Source: Octopus sinensis
Taxonomy: Eukaryota
Reading direction: 5' to 3'
Length of the DNA: 64,000 nucleotides
Assembly (NCBI RefSeq): GCF_006345805.1
Contig: NC_042999.1
Span: 129,208,001-129,272,000 of the forward strand
A program made the position numbers and the translations under genes. Below are positions 1 through 11,134 of this stretch, piece by piece. The notes beneath the pieces were generated by a model, which saw only the letters and a program-made list of their open reading frames with translations, made no database searches and had not been told where the DNA came from. Numbering within the stretch: the stretch's first letter is position 1; every line of letters starts with the position of its first letter.

Positions 1-189
1 ATATAAGTGATTGGAAAATAGGAAAGTTGTCAAACATCTGTAAAAATTAAACAATTAAATAAATTAATTATTCTAGATGCTCCAATCTGGAATAAATGAT
101 GAAAACTTTTAGGGTCACATCCAAGCTTATAAGATATATAGCTTCATCATCATTATTGTTGACATTATCATTATTATTTAACATCTATT

Positions 190-835
190 TTCCACGGGCA
201 ACTTCACAGGAGCTGGCAAGGCCAGGGGTCACACCAGGTTCCATAGTCTATTTCAGTACGGCTTCTATGAACCATTTTACAGAGTGTATGAGTGCTCTTT
301 ACATGGTACCATCACCAGTGCTTTTTATGTGGTACCATCAACAGTGCTTTTTACATGGTACCTTGGTTTTAGGATATCAATTCTGTTGTGGTGGGTGGGT
401 CTTCTTGCGTTCAGGAATGCATTATATATCTCAGTCCTTTGTCATCTCCTTTGTAAGGCTCAGGGCTAAGAGATCAGCCTTCAATACTTTATCCCATGTC
501 TTCCTAAGTCTTTCTCTTCCATGATTTCCCTCCACCTTAAATGATCAGCACTTTATACAACTGTCCATATTCATCTGCATCACATGATCAAACCAGCACA
601 TTGCAACTCATCCCTCTTATGATTAACTTTTTCTCAATACACTACTGCTCTGCTGCACATATACACTTACAATGTACATCCAGTGGAGCATACTAGCTTT
701 ATTCCTCTCTAGTCTTCACATGACCACTACATTCAAGGCCCACATCTCACTACCATATAACATTGTAGTTTGCACACATACATCAATCTTCCTTTCACTC
801 TGAGGGAGAGAGATCGTTGCTTATTGAAAAAGACC
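190..835 (-). mobile_element. Old RTE LINE 3' fragment (ORF C-terminus plus 3'UTR)
   Basis: Minus-strand translation of about 430-620 reads CWFDHVMQMNMDSCIK...VEGNHGRERLRKTWDKVLKADL. This is homologous to the C-terminus of the 20015-21346 ORF, with stops. Confidence 0.75.
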
Positions 836-1978
836 TTGAACTCAACTGAGAACCATTTCATATTCTTATGAATTAAAATCTAACAAAATGTTCATTAACT
901 TTATAAGACCTTAATTCTCTAAGCCTTAATTTCTATACCAGTCCTCAATATACTAAAAATAAACATGTAACAAAAAATTATCGATGAGAATTCAGAAACT
1001 TGTTCAACACTCAGGTAAATCTAAAATATAATTAATCTATTGATACTTGGGATACATACAATTCTAACAAATTAAATGTACATTTGTTTGTAATTTAATG
1101 ATAAATCTGAAGATAAGATTCTTTCACATCAACAAGCATTCAGTTGTATGGTGTATATGCAAAAGTAAATAAATAAATTCAATTATTGTAACTAATAATT
1201 AGCAAAATTACTATATGAAGAGAGAATTTAGGCAGAGAAAATTGTGTTGTTTCTTCAATATTTATACATAACTGAGTATTAAGAGAAATTGTTCTTACCT
1301 TTAGGCATTTTAAGATTTGAAGACTAACTATGACCAGCTCTGCTCAAGTCTATCTCCCACAAAAAGGTAGTCAAATGCATTGAAAAAATTGCTAGATTTA
1401 GTTCTTGGACAATGCACCTGCCATCATGTAATGAGAAGTTGGCCAAAGATTTTGGTCAAGTTTATGGGCAAAATGAACTCTGTATGAAGCTATCTCAATT
1501 GCTTGTGTTAATAAAGATGGTTAGCAACCTGGCACACAGTTTGTACCAACTGAAACAATTGGATATCTTTTTAAACATTTATGTGATTAAATAGAAGAGG
1601 AAGTGACTTATTAGGATGTTTTATGTGTTTAAATGTTTATAAATAAATTCAAGCTAACTTTTTATATCCTTTTATACATTGGAGATACAGACTTTCACAA
1701 AGTGGGGATAGACACAACTGTCTTCACATGATATACTTCAAATTACTCCACCAAACACAAACCCTAACAATCTCAAAGACTTCCTACGACTTCTGTGAAC
1801 TCTCAACAACTCCTACAACTTATCCCATCTCAACCAATAGATTACTCTTCATAAGAGTTCAACTAGTCCATCCTTCCAATCCCACAGAGGTGTCAATGAC
1901 TCTCACCACAACAAAACAACAGAACTAATTGTATTTGTATGTGTTAGAGTAAATGAGAGAGGGGAGGAGAGAGAGAGA

Positions 1979-1992
1979 GTGTGTGTGTGTGT

Positions 1993-2038
<46 letters not shown>
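1979..2038. repeat. (GT)n microsatellite preceded by (GA)n
   Basis: Directly visible. Confidence 0.95.
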
Positions 2039-2042
<4 letters not shown>

Positions 2043-3344
2043 CGCTTGCACACATGCATGCACAATTAGTTTGCAAAATAATTTTCTTTTTTTAGTTTCA
2101 AAATATAAACAACAGAGCCACAAAGAAGGCTCAAATTGAAACACATCAGCTATTTTCATCTATTATGTTTCAATGCCTGAAATTAGTTCATTTCCATACA
2201 AAATAATGCATCTCATTCTGTGTAATTAGACAAACATTAAATAAAATAATAGGATATATATTGATGATTTGTCATCTCAGTTTTTATCATTACACTAAAT
2301 TATCCTGTTTTCCTTTTAAGTTTATTTTAGTTTCCCTTCAAGTTTCTAATTTATTATTTTAATTATGTAAAACCCTCAATTTCAACACCTACTTTTCTTC
2401 CTTATAATTTTTTTTGTCTAACTAGAAAATAGGTGAGACACCATCTGGTCACTAGAAAATAGGTAGGACTTGTAGACCTTTGGGAATGCCATCTAGTTGC
2501 AACATTTCTGATTCAACATAAATCTCTAAATCTAGACTCAGCTAATCTGTACCAGAAAATGAATGTAAAATACCAACTGAAAATTGATCTGTGTCACTGA
2601 TAATTGCAGTGATGTCATGGTTACAAATAATAGAGGTAGATAAAGAGAAGGAAATATATTCTCAGCCCATGTCAGCATAGACAATATTAATTTGAAATAA
2701 TATGTTAATGTAATTCTATAACAATTGGATATATTTTATAAATCCTTTTACTCCTCCCTCTCTCAGAGTAACAAAACTCTAAAATTATCTACTCACTTTT
2801 CTATATTTATATTTTTACCCTGTAGCCATATACTTAAAGATATTTAAGTTAAACATAAACCATATTAATCTTACCAGTCTCAAGTTTTCAAATGTCTCTT
2901 TTCTCTTGACTAAGCTATAGAAATACAAAATGTTGCTATTATGCAAAAGTACCAGAAGTCCAAAATGTTGCTTTTTCAGAAAATGAAAAGATAGTTTCAC
3001 CATTCTATAGTAAAACCGTTGTACTACACTTTGACAATTTTTGATATCTTGGCATCTAAAGCATCTGGAGATGCGATAATTTGACCAAAAGAACCAGCTA
3101 TTTGCAAACAAAAAATAAACAATGAAAAAAACGTATTTGGACATATGACAGTTTAACATAATAAGCAATGAAATGTAGAAATGTACTACTTTCAGTGTTT
3201 ATCTTTACTTATAATTCCAAGTGAAATAACTTTCTAAATGAATTAACAAATAGACAGAAAAAGAAAATCTACCAATTTTGCCTTTGTTCCTTCATTGTGG
3301 ACACTATTTTCTGTGAAATATATTCTATAAAGAAACAATATGAA

Positions 3345-3510
3345 TTATAGTTCTATATTTAAGAGATGAGGAATTATGTACATTATTTACATTTGACAGA
3401 TATTTGTCCTCATCTTATTTGTTGTTAACACAACATTTCAGCTGATTTACCCTCCAGCCTTCATCAGGTGTCTTGGGGAAATTTTGAACCTGGGTTCTCC
3501 TTCCTAATCT
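3345..3510 (-). mobile_element. Solo Penelope-like terminal repeat (pLTR) remnant
   Basis: Contains a minimal hammerhead motif with a short stem III, which is characteristic of PLE pLTRs. No ORF is retained. Confidence 0.55.
3427..3472 (-). ncRNA. Type I minimal hammerhead ribozyme (slightly decayed)
   Basis: Minus strand reads GACAC CUGAUGA A GGCUG gagggUaaaU CAGCU GAAA UG U U GUGUU. Stem I is GACAC/GUGUU, stem II is GGCUG/CAGCU, the cores CUGAUGA and GAAA are intact, and the cleavage triplet is GUU. Confidence 0.7.
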
Positions 3511-4002
3511 AAAGACAAAGTTTTTAGTTAGCAAGAAAGAATACAAAACTCTGCTTCATTTGGGAAATGGTCCAGCTCAATGTTCAGAAAAGAGACAGGT
3601 TGGGATTCCACACAGTGCATCTATGGATACACAATAGATGTAGTGGGATCACAGGCAGGATAACAGAACTTTGCATACAGTTGATGCACAAGAATAGTCA
3701 ACAACAATAAGAACATAAATGAAATGAATAAATTTCCTACAAGTGATAGGAAGGCAGTTTCTTTTACCTGCATACCATAAAGAGTGGTAGAGCCAGGTAT
3801 TTTGAGAGCTCAGTAACCATGATGGGGAGAATTTAGGAAGTTGTATCTTTTAACAACAAAAGGATTCTCTCCCCAAATGAAAGTTAGGCCTTATTAAGTG
3901 CAATATTGCATGATAATGAAACCATGAATATTGATGCAGAGGATGTGGAAAACTGGAAAAAAAAAAGAATGAGGCAAGTTTGCTCTACTGGAGGTCTCTT
4001 AT

Positions 4003-4230
4003 CTTTTACTTGTTTCAGTCATTAGACTGCAGCCATGCTAGGGCACCCCCTTGAAGAATTTTAGTCAAATGAATCAAGCTCAGTACGTATTTTAAACTTG
4101 CTACTTATTCTATTGGTCTCTTTTACTGAATTCCTAACTTACAGAGATGTAAATACACCAACACCAGATGTCAAGCAGTGGGGGGAGGGAGAAAACAGAC
4201 ACAAAGATACATACACAAGCATATATATAT
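4003..4230 (-). mobile_element. SINE family A, 3' portion
   Basis: The block ttttacttgtttcagtcattagactgcagccatgct...gtcaagcagtgg...acacaaag recurs at about 21930, 35040, 37140, 51270, 51690, 53750 (opposite strand) and 62980. Confidence 0.75.
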
Positions 4231-4232
4231 AC

Positions 4233-5222
4233 GAGAGAAAAGTTGGACCTAAGAGGCATCAGTTGTGGTGTGCAAGAGAGACGTTTGCACTGGTATGGTC
4301 ATGTGACAAGAATGGATGAAGATAGTTGTGTGAAAAAGTGCCACACCCTAGCGGTTGAGAGAACCTGTGGAAGAGGTAGACCCAGGAAAACCTGGGACAA
4401 GGTGGTGAAGCATGACCTTTGAACTTTAGGTCTCACCGAGGAAATGACTAGAGACCAAGACCTATGGAAGTAAGCTGTGCATGAGAAGACGCGGCAGGAC
4501 AAGTGAGACCATAACCCATGGCCTCTACCTGGGAGATAAAACCACTTTATCATTTTTTTAAAAAGTCTTCAGATTTTATGTTTTTTAATATCAGACATTC
4601 AGGATCAGAAATTTGGCAGTTTCAGAGTAAGTGCTCCAACCCTTCAAAATTTTTAAGATGATTTCTTCAGATTTCTGTTTTAAGCCTAGGAAATTATCGA
4701 AAGAAAAAGTTCACAAATTCAATTTTTGATTTTTTTTCCTTCATTCTTGCAAAACTACTAATGCTTCATTCTTCCAAGGATTTATAACAATAATGATAGA
4801 CTAGTCTACCTTCCATTAATTCTTCCATTAACTCTACATGTGAAGACCTGTTGAGGCAAGTGAGAATCAAAATCAAAATCAATCAACATCAATGGAAATT
4901 GTAGCTGTGATACCAGTGCCGGTGGCACGTAAGCGAACCATCCAAACGTGGCCGTTGCCAGCCTCGCCTGGCACCCGTGCCACGTAAAAAGCACCATCCG
5001 ACCGTGGCCGTTTGCCACCCCGTCTGGCACCTGTGCCGGTGGCACGTAAAAAGCACCCACTACACTCACGGAGTGGTTGGCGTTAGGAAGGGCATCCAGC
5101 CGTAGAAACATTGCCAGATCAGACTAGGCCTGGTTCAGCCTTCTGGCCTCCCAGACCCCAGTTGAACCGTCCAACCCATGCTAGCATAGAAAGCGGACGC
5201 TAAATGATGATGATGATGATGA
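4233..5222 (+). mobile_element. 5'-truncated RTE LINE 3' end with (TGA)n tail, interrupted by a 285-bp insert
   Basis: Encodes ...RGISCGVQERRLHWYGHVTRMDEDSCVKKCHTLAVERTCGRGRPRKTWDKVVKHDL. The 3'UTR matches 18192-20014 and the tail is at 5205-5222. Confidence 0.9.
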
Positions 5223-6914
5223 TACATATATATAATGGTGATAGCCAATCTCAGGAGGTTGAAGCTCTTGAAAGGGATAACGGATGTAACAAGTGGAAAG
5301 GAACTATAGTGAGGAGAACCTGTCCAACCTATACATTCAGATATGCATATGCAGAGAGAGACACACACACACATACACAAATACAGCATACACACACATA
5401 CAAACCGGTATGCATACATACACACTAACATATATATAATGTGTGTATGCATTTGTTTTTCACAGGAACACCTCTAAGTGCTGGCTACTTACTATAAGTA
5501 TCATGCTAATTATGTGCAACAAAATCCCAGAAAAAATTATCTCACGTGTATGATATGCAAATGACTTTGCTTTTTAGTATTATGATATGTGTAAAAAGTG
5601 TTTAGTCAAATTTTTTGAATTTACTGTATAAAATACTTTGGAAAAATTCACATACTCTAAATGAACCAAAGCACAAATTCAAATGATAGAAAGTCATACA
5701 GTTATGACATGTCACAAGCTGGAAATACTGATCAAACCCTTCTGAACTTTGACATCTTCATATCCATTGGTAGTTGATTTCAAGGGCCAGAAGATAGTTA
5801 CTACCAACATCACTGGTAATAAGAACCATTTTACAGTGATGTTGGCCAATATTAATGATGGCAAAAAGCAGCTGCAGCATGTTTTCTCCAAAAGAAAACC
5901 ATTACTCAAGTAGACATTTTCCAAAGGAACAGATGCTTATGTCCATGAAAATAGATGCAGAAACAATGGGTGACAGGATCAAAACAGTGTAGTGAGACAT
6001 CAGGGCAGCCTGCTGAAACGGCCAGCCTTACTGATGCTGGATGCATTCAGATGCCATCAAGTACTTTCTGTGAAATGGTAACTTTAATCTACAAAGACTG
6101 ACCTTGCCATCATCCTCAATGGAATGATCAGTCTTCTATAACCATTGAATGTCAGCATTAACAAGCCATTTAAGTTGCAGGTTTGCATGAAGTGGAAGCA
6201 GTGGCTGGAGAGGGGCACAAGAACATCACTCCAACAGCCTGCATTTGCCAAAGAGATCCCTGTTGTAAGTACATTAGCTGGCAAACCAACTCTGAAACCC
6301 TCATGGTAAAGACTTTTAAGAAATTCTGCATCACAAATGCACTAGAAAGCAGTGAAGATGATATTCTTTTAGAGGAACAAGTACATCAAAGATGACCAAT
6401 ACATTTATTACATTGAAAACCTAAATGGCAGCAATGAAACAAGATTCCTCGGTTTTGATGGGAAGTATTTGAACTTAAGTTTTAAATAGATTTGGCGAGT
6501 AGAAAATGAGACTGAAACAAAAATGAACAATTAGCTAAAATGTGTCTAATCATGTTTTTATATCATTTTATTTATTGTTGGACTGTGAAAACTCATTTGG
6601 GTACTTATTTGTTTAAGTATGGATTTTAAAAACCACTTTATCACTTTTTAAAAAAAGTCTTCAGATTTTCATGTTTTCAATATCAGACATTCAGGATCAG
6701 AAATTTGGCAGTTTCAGAGTAAGTGCTCCAACCCTTCAAAATTTTTAAGATGATTTCTTCAGATTTCTGTTTTAAGCCTAGGAAATTATGGAAAGAAAAA
6801 GTTCATAAATTCAATTTTTGATTTTTTTTCCTTCATTCTTGCAAAACTACTAATGCTTCATTCTTCCAAGGATTTATAACAATAATGATAGACTAGTCTA
6901 CCTTCCATTAATTC
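4538..6914 (+). repeat. Near-identical ~285-bp direct repeat (4538-4822 and 6629-6914)
   Basis: Both copies run aaaaccactttatca...gactagtctaccttccattaattc with only a few differences. Confidence 0.95.
5480..6625 (+). mobile_element. pogo-family (DDE_1) DNA transposon fossil
   Basis: Decayed frames read QAGNTDQTLLNFDI...KGQKIVTTNITGNKNHFTVML, then LLKRPALLMLDAFRCHQ...TKTDLAIILNGMISLL*PLNVSINKPFK...KNITPT. These are pogo/POGK-type DDE motifs with stops and frameshifts. Confidence 0.85.
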
Positions 6915-7399
6915 ATCATTTTAAGCATGAGATTACAATATTCTGAAATGGATATTCCCTACCAAAAAGCTTTTTTAAAAGCTGAAAGTGACCAACAAAA
7001 TTTTTTATTTTTTGCTGCCCCCCGCCTCCTCTCTTTCTGTATGTGTGTGTTTTAAAGGTGATGTTTGGTTTCAGAACCAATAGTAAAATGGAACTGAAAT
7101 GGGATGACATTTTGCCAACAAAATAATTTTAGTTAAATATAAAGGAATGATTCTGCTAAGTTTCAGGGGCCAGATTTGTCGCTGAAATCCAAATGATTTT
7201 GTGAAAAAAATCCAAAAACTGAAAAGAAAGAATTTTTCTTCAATAAAATAATTTATTTAGTAGTTATCTTCAAAGAAGTAATTCCTTTGAGGCAGATATT
7301 CATTATTAATGATCACCTCTACGATTGTGACATGAGTATTTGCTCTTCAACATGCAGCAATTTATTAAAAGACTTTTATTCTTTTATTTTAATGCTTGT

Positions 7400-7720
7400 T
7401 TCACTCACTAGACAGCAGGCATACAGGGGCACTGCCTCTAATAGTTTTAACCAATCATATTGAACCTAGTATTTACTTTTAAGTCTGGCACTTATCAATC
7501 CAGTTGTTGAATCATTAAGTTAAGGAACTTAAAAACAGGCACACACATATGTATATACAACAGGCTTCTACACAGTTCCTATATACTAACCTCATTCATG
7601 AGGCACTGGTCAGAATGAAGCTATAGAAGACACTTGCATATGAAAAGCAGTAGGATGGAATGCAAAACTACATGGTTACAAAGCAAAATTCTTAACCACA
7701 TAGCTACATCTGCACCCATA
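7400..7720 (-). mobile_element. Decayed SINE family A
   Basis: Contains gaagacacttgc...aaccacatagct head-side motifs and the family-A 3' block. Confidence 0.6.
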
Positions 7721-8148
7721 CAACAAATTTCTTTCAGTTTCATTTTATTGATGATTATCATCATCATTTATTATTAAATGCTCAGCTAGAGACAAAACTA
7801 GACAGACATAAAGAATTCAGTTTAAAAACTTCAACTCTAGCTAATGTGATTTAAAATATTATAAATCCATAACAATAATAACATTTGATTATATTATTCA
7901 ACTTGACAAAGAAGTTGGATAAATTCTGACATTTTCTGACAACTAGATGAGAAAATGTCTTCAGTTTTAATCAAAGAAATCATATATATAGGGCTATTTT
8001 CCACAAAATGATCTAGTTGTGATAAGATTATACCACAATATGTAAAAATAAAACTACATAATCTAAAATGCAAACACTAAGCACTCATAGTTAAAAGGAG
8101 AAATTGAAAATACTCTATTGTAATGTAATAATTTGTACTTTCTGTGTT

Positions 8149-9270
8149 CATTTCATTTCATTTCATTTCATTTGAGTTTGAGTCCATGCTCAGGCCAAGT
8201 CGAAGACTCCACCCTCAGAGTCTGTTGTGGTTCTCTGTTTAATTTTGACATGTGTAGGAGTGAGTTTGAGTCAGTTTGTGCTCGTTGTGTATATCCTGGG
8301 AGATGGGGTTTATCTCTAATGGTGCTTAAGTATCTATCCAGCTGCAATTTGAATGATTCCACACTGCATCCTGATAGATTTCTGACATGTACCGGAATGG
8401 AGTTGAATAGTTGTGCTCCTCGAACCAACAGACTTGATTCTCGCAGGGTTTTTGCTGCCTGGCCAGCCTTTTTGTTGATTGGTGGTAGCTGGCAGCGTCT
8501 TCCGTGGCACAGCGAGTGGTAGGTTTTGATACCAAAGTTTGGCACCTTTTGCTCTATCATTTTCCAAATGTATATAATTCGGTATTGCTCAAATCTTCTT
8601 TCTATTGAGTACATCCTCAAGGTTTTGAGTCTTTGCCAATAGTTCAGGTCCCTCGTTTCTGAGAAGTATGAGGTAAAATTTCTTTGGAGCGATTCCATCT
8701 TAGATAGTTGGCCCTTTGTTGTTGGTGACCACAACTGAGAACTGTAGTCAATCCTCGGAAGTATCATACTGTTCCAGAGGGTTTTCATTGTTGAGGTATC
8801 TCTTGATTTGAAGGTGCGCAAGATCCACCCGCTGTACTTTCTTGCAGTAAGACAGACTGAGTCAAGGTGTTCTCTGAATTTTAGGCTGGTTCCCATGTGG
8901 ATGCCTAAATCTTTCACATACTGTTTTTCCATTATTTGTTGTCCTGATGGGTTTCTGTAGTTTGTTGTATTTTTCAGATCTTGATCTGTTCCGTAGCGAA
9001 TTAGTTCAAACTTCTTATCATTGAACAACATGTTGTTTGTTTCCTGCCATTTATATATGGTGGTCAGGTCCTTTTGTAAGGCTTCTGTATCCACCTCGTC
9101 TTTGATTTGTCTCATGACCCTGGTGTCATCAGCAAAGGATGAGACGTTGCTGGTTGTATCTTCATCTATGTCAGAGATGAGGATGAGAAACAGGATTGGG
9201 CCGAGTACTGTACCCTGAGGAACACTGCTGGTCACAGGTGATGGTGTTGAATGGGTTCCATTCACAGTGA
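8149..9270 (-). mobile_element. Young 5'-truncated CR1/L2-type LINE (RT C-terminal half), (TGAAA)n tail, 7-bp TSD
   Basis: Uninterrupted 365-aa ORF at 8168-9265 with SVPQGTVLGPILFLILISD and FADDT RT motifs. (catt t)n tail at 8149-8170. CTGTGTT occurs at 8142-8148 and 9271-9277. Confidence 0.9.
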
Positions 9271-9789
9271 CTGTGTTATTTAAAGAACATTATATTTTCA
9301 AGTAAAGATTATTTTGAAGATGAAGAAATAAAAGGCTGAGATAGAAGAATGATAGATTTGATGCTTGATTATACTGGGTTTTCATTTGGTTTAAATGCAA
9401 AATGCAAACCATTAATTCCTGATGTTATTTTAAATAGCTCATTACAAATAACAATGACATCTTTGCTACACTAGTAGTATTCATCATTTACAACCATCAA
9501 TATATAGCTGAATCAACAAATTCCACCAACAAAGGAACCAAGTTCCAAATTACAGGACAAGACATCAAAGCAGCTTTTAAGCTCACAATTATATTTGAAT
9601 AGTACGTTTCATCCAAACTTGATTTATGAAAAGATACTCGAGCAGAAAGAACCCAAATTCTAATTCCTTTTATTTATGCATTCAAATATGAGAATAAAAA
9701 CAGAACTGATTATATCTCAATGAAAAAGTAACAACTATAATTCATTTCTCTTTTAACAATGCTAATAGTAACAATGATAACAACAACAA

Positions 9790-10017
9790 CAACAATAATA
9801 ATAATCCTTCCAACTTTTGGCACAAGGCCTGAAATTTTGGGGAAGGGGCCCAGTCAATTTGATCAACCCCAGTATGTAAGTGGTACTTGATTTATCAACT
9901 CCGAAAGGATGAAAGGCAAAGTCAACCTCAGCAGAATTTGAACTCCGAATATGAAGATGGACAAAATGCTACTAAGCATTTTGCCCAGCATGCTAACGAT
10001 TTTGCCAGCTCGCCACT

Positions 10018-10054
<37 letters not shown>

Positions 10055-10060
10055 ATAATA
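9790..10060 (-). mobile_element. SINE family B with (ATT)n tail
   Basis: Reverse complement of the ggcagaattgttag...gttcaaattc...gactttgcctttcatcctttc...taagtaccag unit seen at 47.8-49.8 kb. Confidence 0.8.
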
Positions 10061-10963
10061 ATAAATAAAAATACTCACAAGACATTAAATCTAATTGTAT
10101 AGAGCACACTGTGTTACTCCTGTGTGTAACTTGTCTGATCAACAACAGCAAATGACATGATATCGATTGAAAGCTGTCTGTTTTAAATAATATTCAATGA
10201 CAAAATTCTGTACAAAATGGGAGCTATTGTTTCTAGGAAACCTAAATCGTAAATAGTGTGTCAGCCTATGAAAATGATAACTGTTGGTAGGGTGGAGTTG
10301 GTCTTATGTGTAGCTTTTGAGTATATGACTGAATCATATGCAACTGCTGTTAAAATATCTACATCTTTATCCATTAAGATATGCTAATAGCTTGCCTTCA
10401 GTTTCACTTTCTGTTTAATAATAATGCAAGTCAACTTTCACTTTGTATTAGAACTACTACCATTAAAAAATGAGATGTAACTAACATCATCAGCTAACCA
10501 TCCTGTGAACAGTTTCCCAGAATTACTGAATATTCATATTGATGCTGTAAATTACAGAGTGAGTCATTTTAAGGGAAACATAAATCCAGCATAAAGAGAT
10601 AAATAAGAAGACAATATTTTAAGCAAAACTTGACTTCAATAGCAACTGTACAGTTTATTCAAACCAACTAGTTATGTGTTATTTTAATATGTGAAAAGAT
10701 GATAAGATAACATATGATAGCAAGCAAAAGACAAAGAAATGGTTCGAATTAAAAATTTTGAAAATTTCGAACATTATAATTATGTAAGGAAAATAAAAAT
10801 TGGTTTGAGATGAAAATGCAATAAAACGTGTCAACAACTTGTGAAGAACACTGTAGGAAGAGATTTCTATAGCTGTAGCTTTATTTCTATCTATTCTTGT
10901 GTTGATATGCCATAAACTCTGACACAATTCCATGTTGTCAATATAATCAACGTTATCTGTTGT

Positions 10964-11134
10964 TTAAATAATGACAATAGGAACTTTCTGATACTCAGTA
11001 TGTTTCATCACACTTGCATGACTCAGAAATGTCTGCCAAGTTACAACTTTCTTTCGTTGGTTCAACCAGAAGCGGTGGTCGTGCAGGGATACTGCCATTT
11101 CTTTTTGTAATGCCAGAGAGGTATATTTAATTGA
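10964..11134 (-). other. Candidate terminal coding exon of an unidentified gene
   Basis: Acceptor gtgatttcag| followed by 56 open codons (SIKYTSLALQKEMAVSLHDHRFWLNQRKKVVTWQTFLSHASVMKHTEYQKVPIVII*). GC is higher than the flanks. AATAAA occurs downstream on the minus strand (about 10880 and 10654-10659). No homolog recognised. Confidence 0.3.

Noticed and set aside
1299-1560. ATG CCT AAA G|GTAAG as a start exon, or an LDNAPA DDE remnant on the plus strand
   Set aside because: Both signals are short, mutually competing and explicable by chance.
3540-3990. Possible pogo/Tigger fossil (KTLLHLGNGPAQ; NIDAEDVENW) overlapping a minus-strand exon-like interval 3768-3952
   Set aside because: The motifs are too degenerate to call, and the exon-like interval has stops in all three frames.
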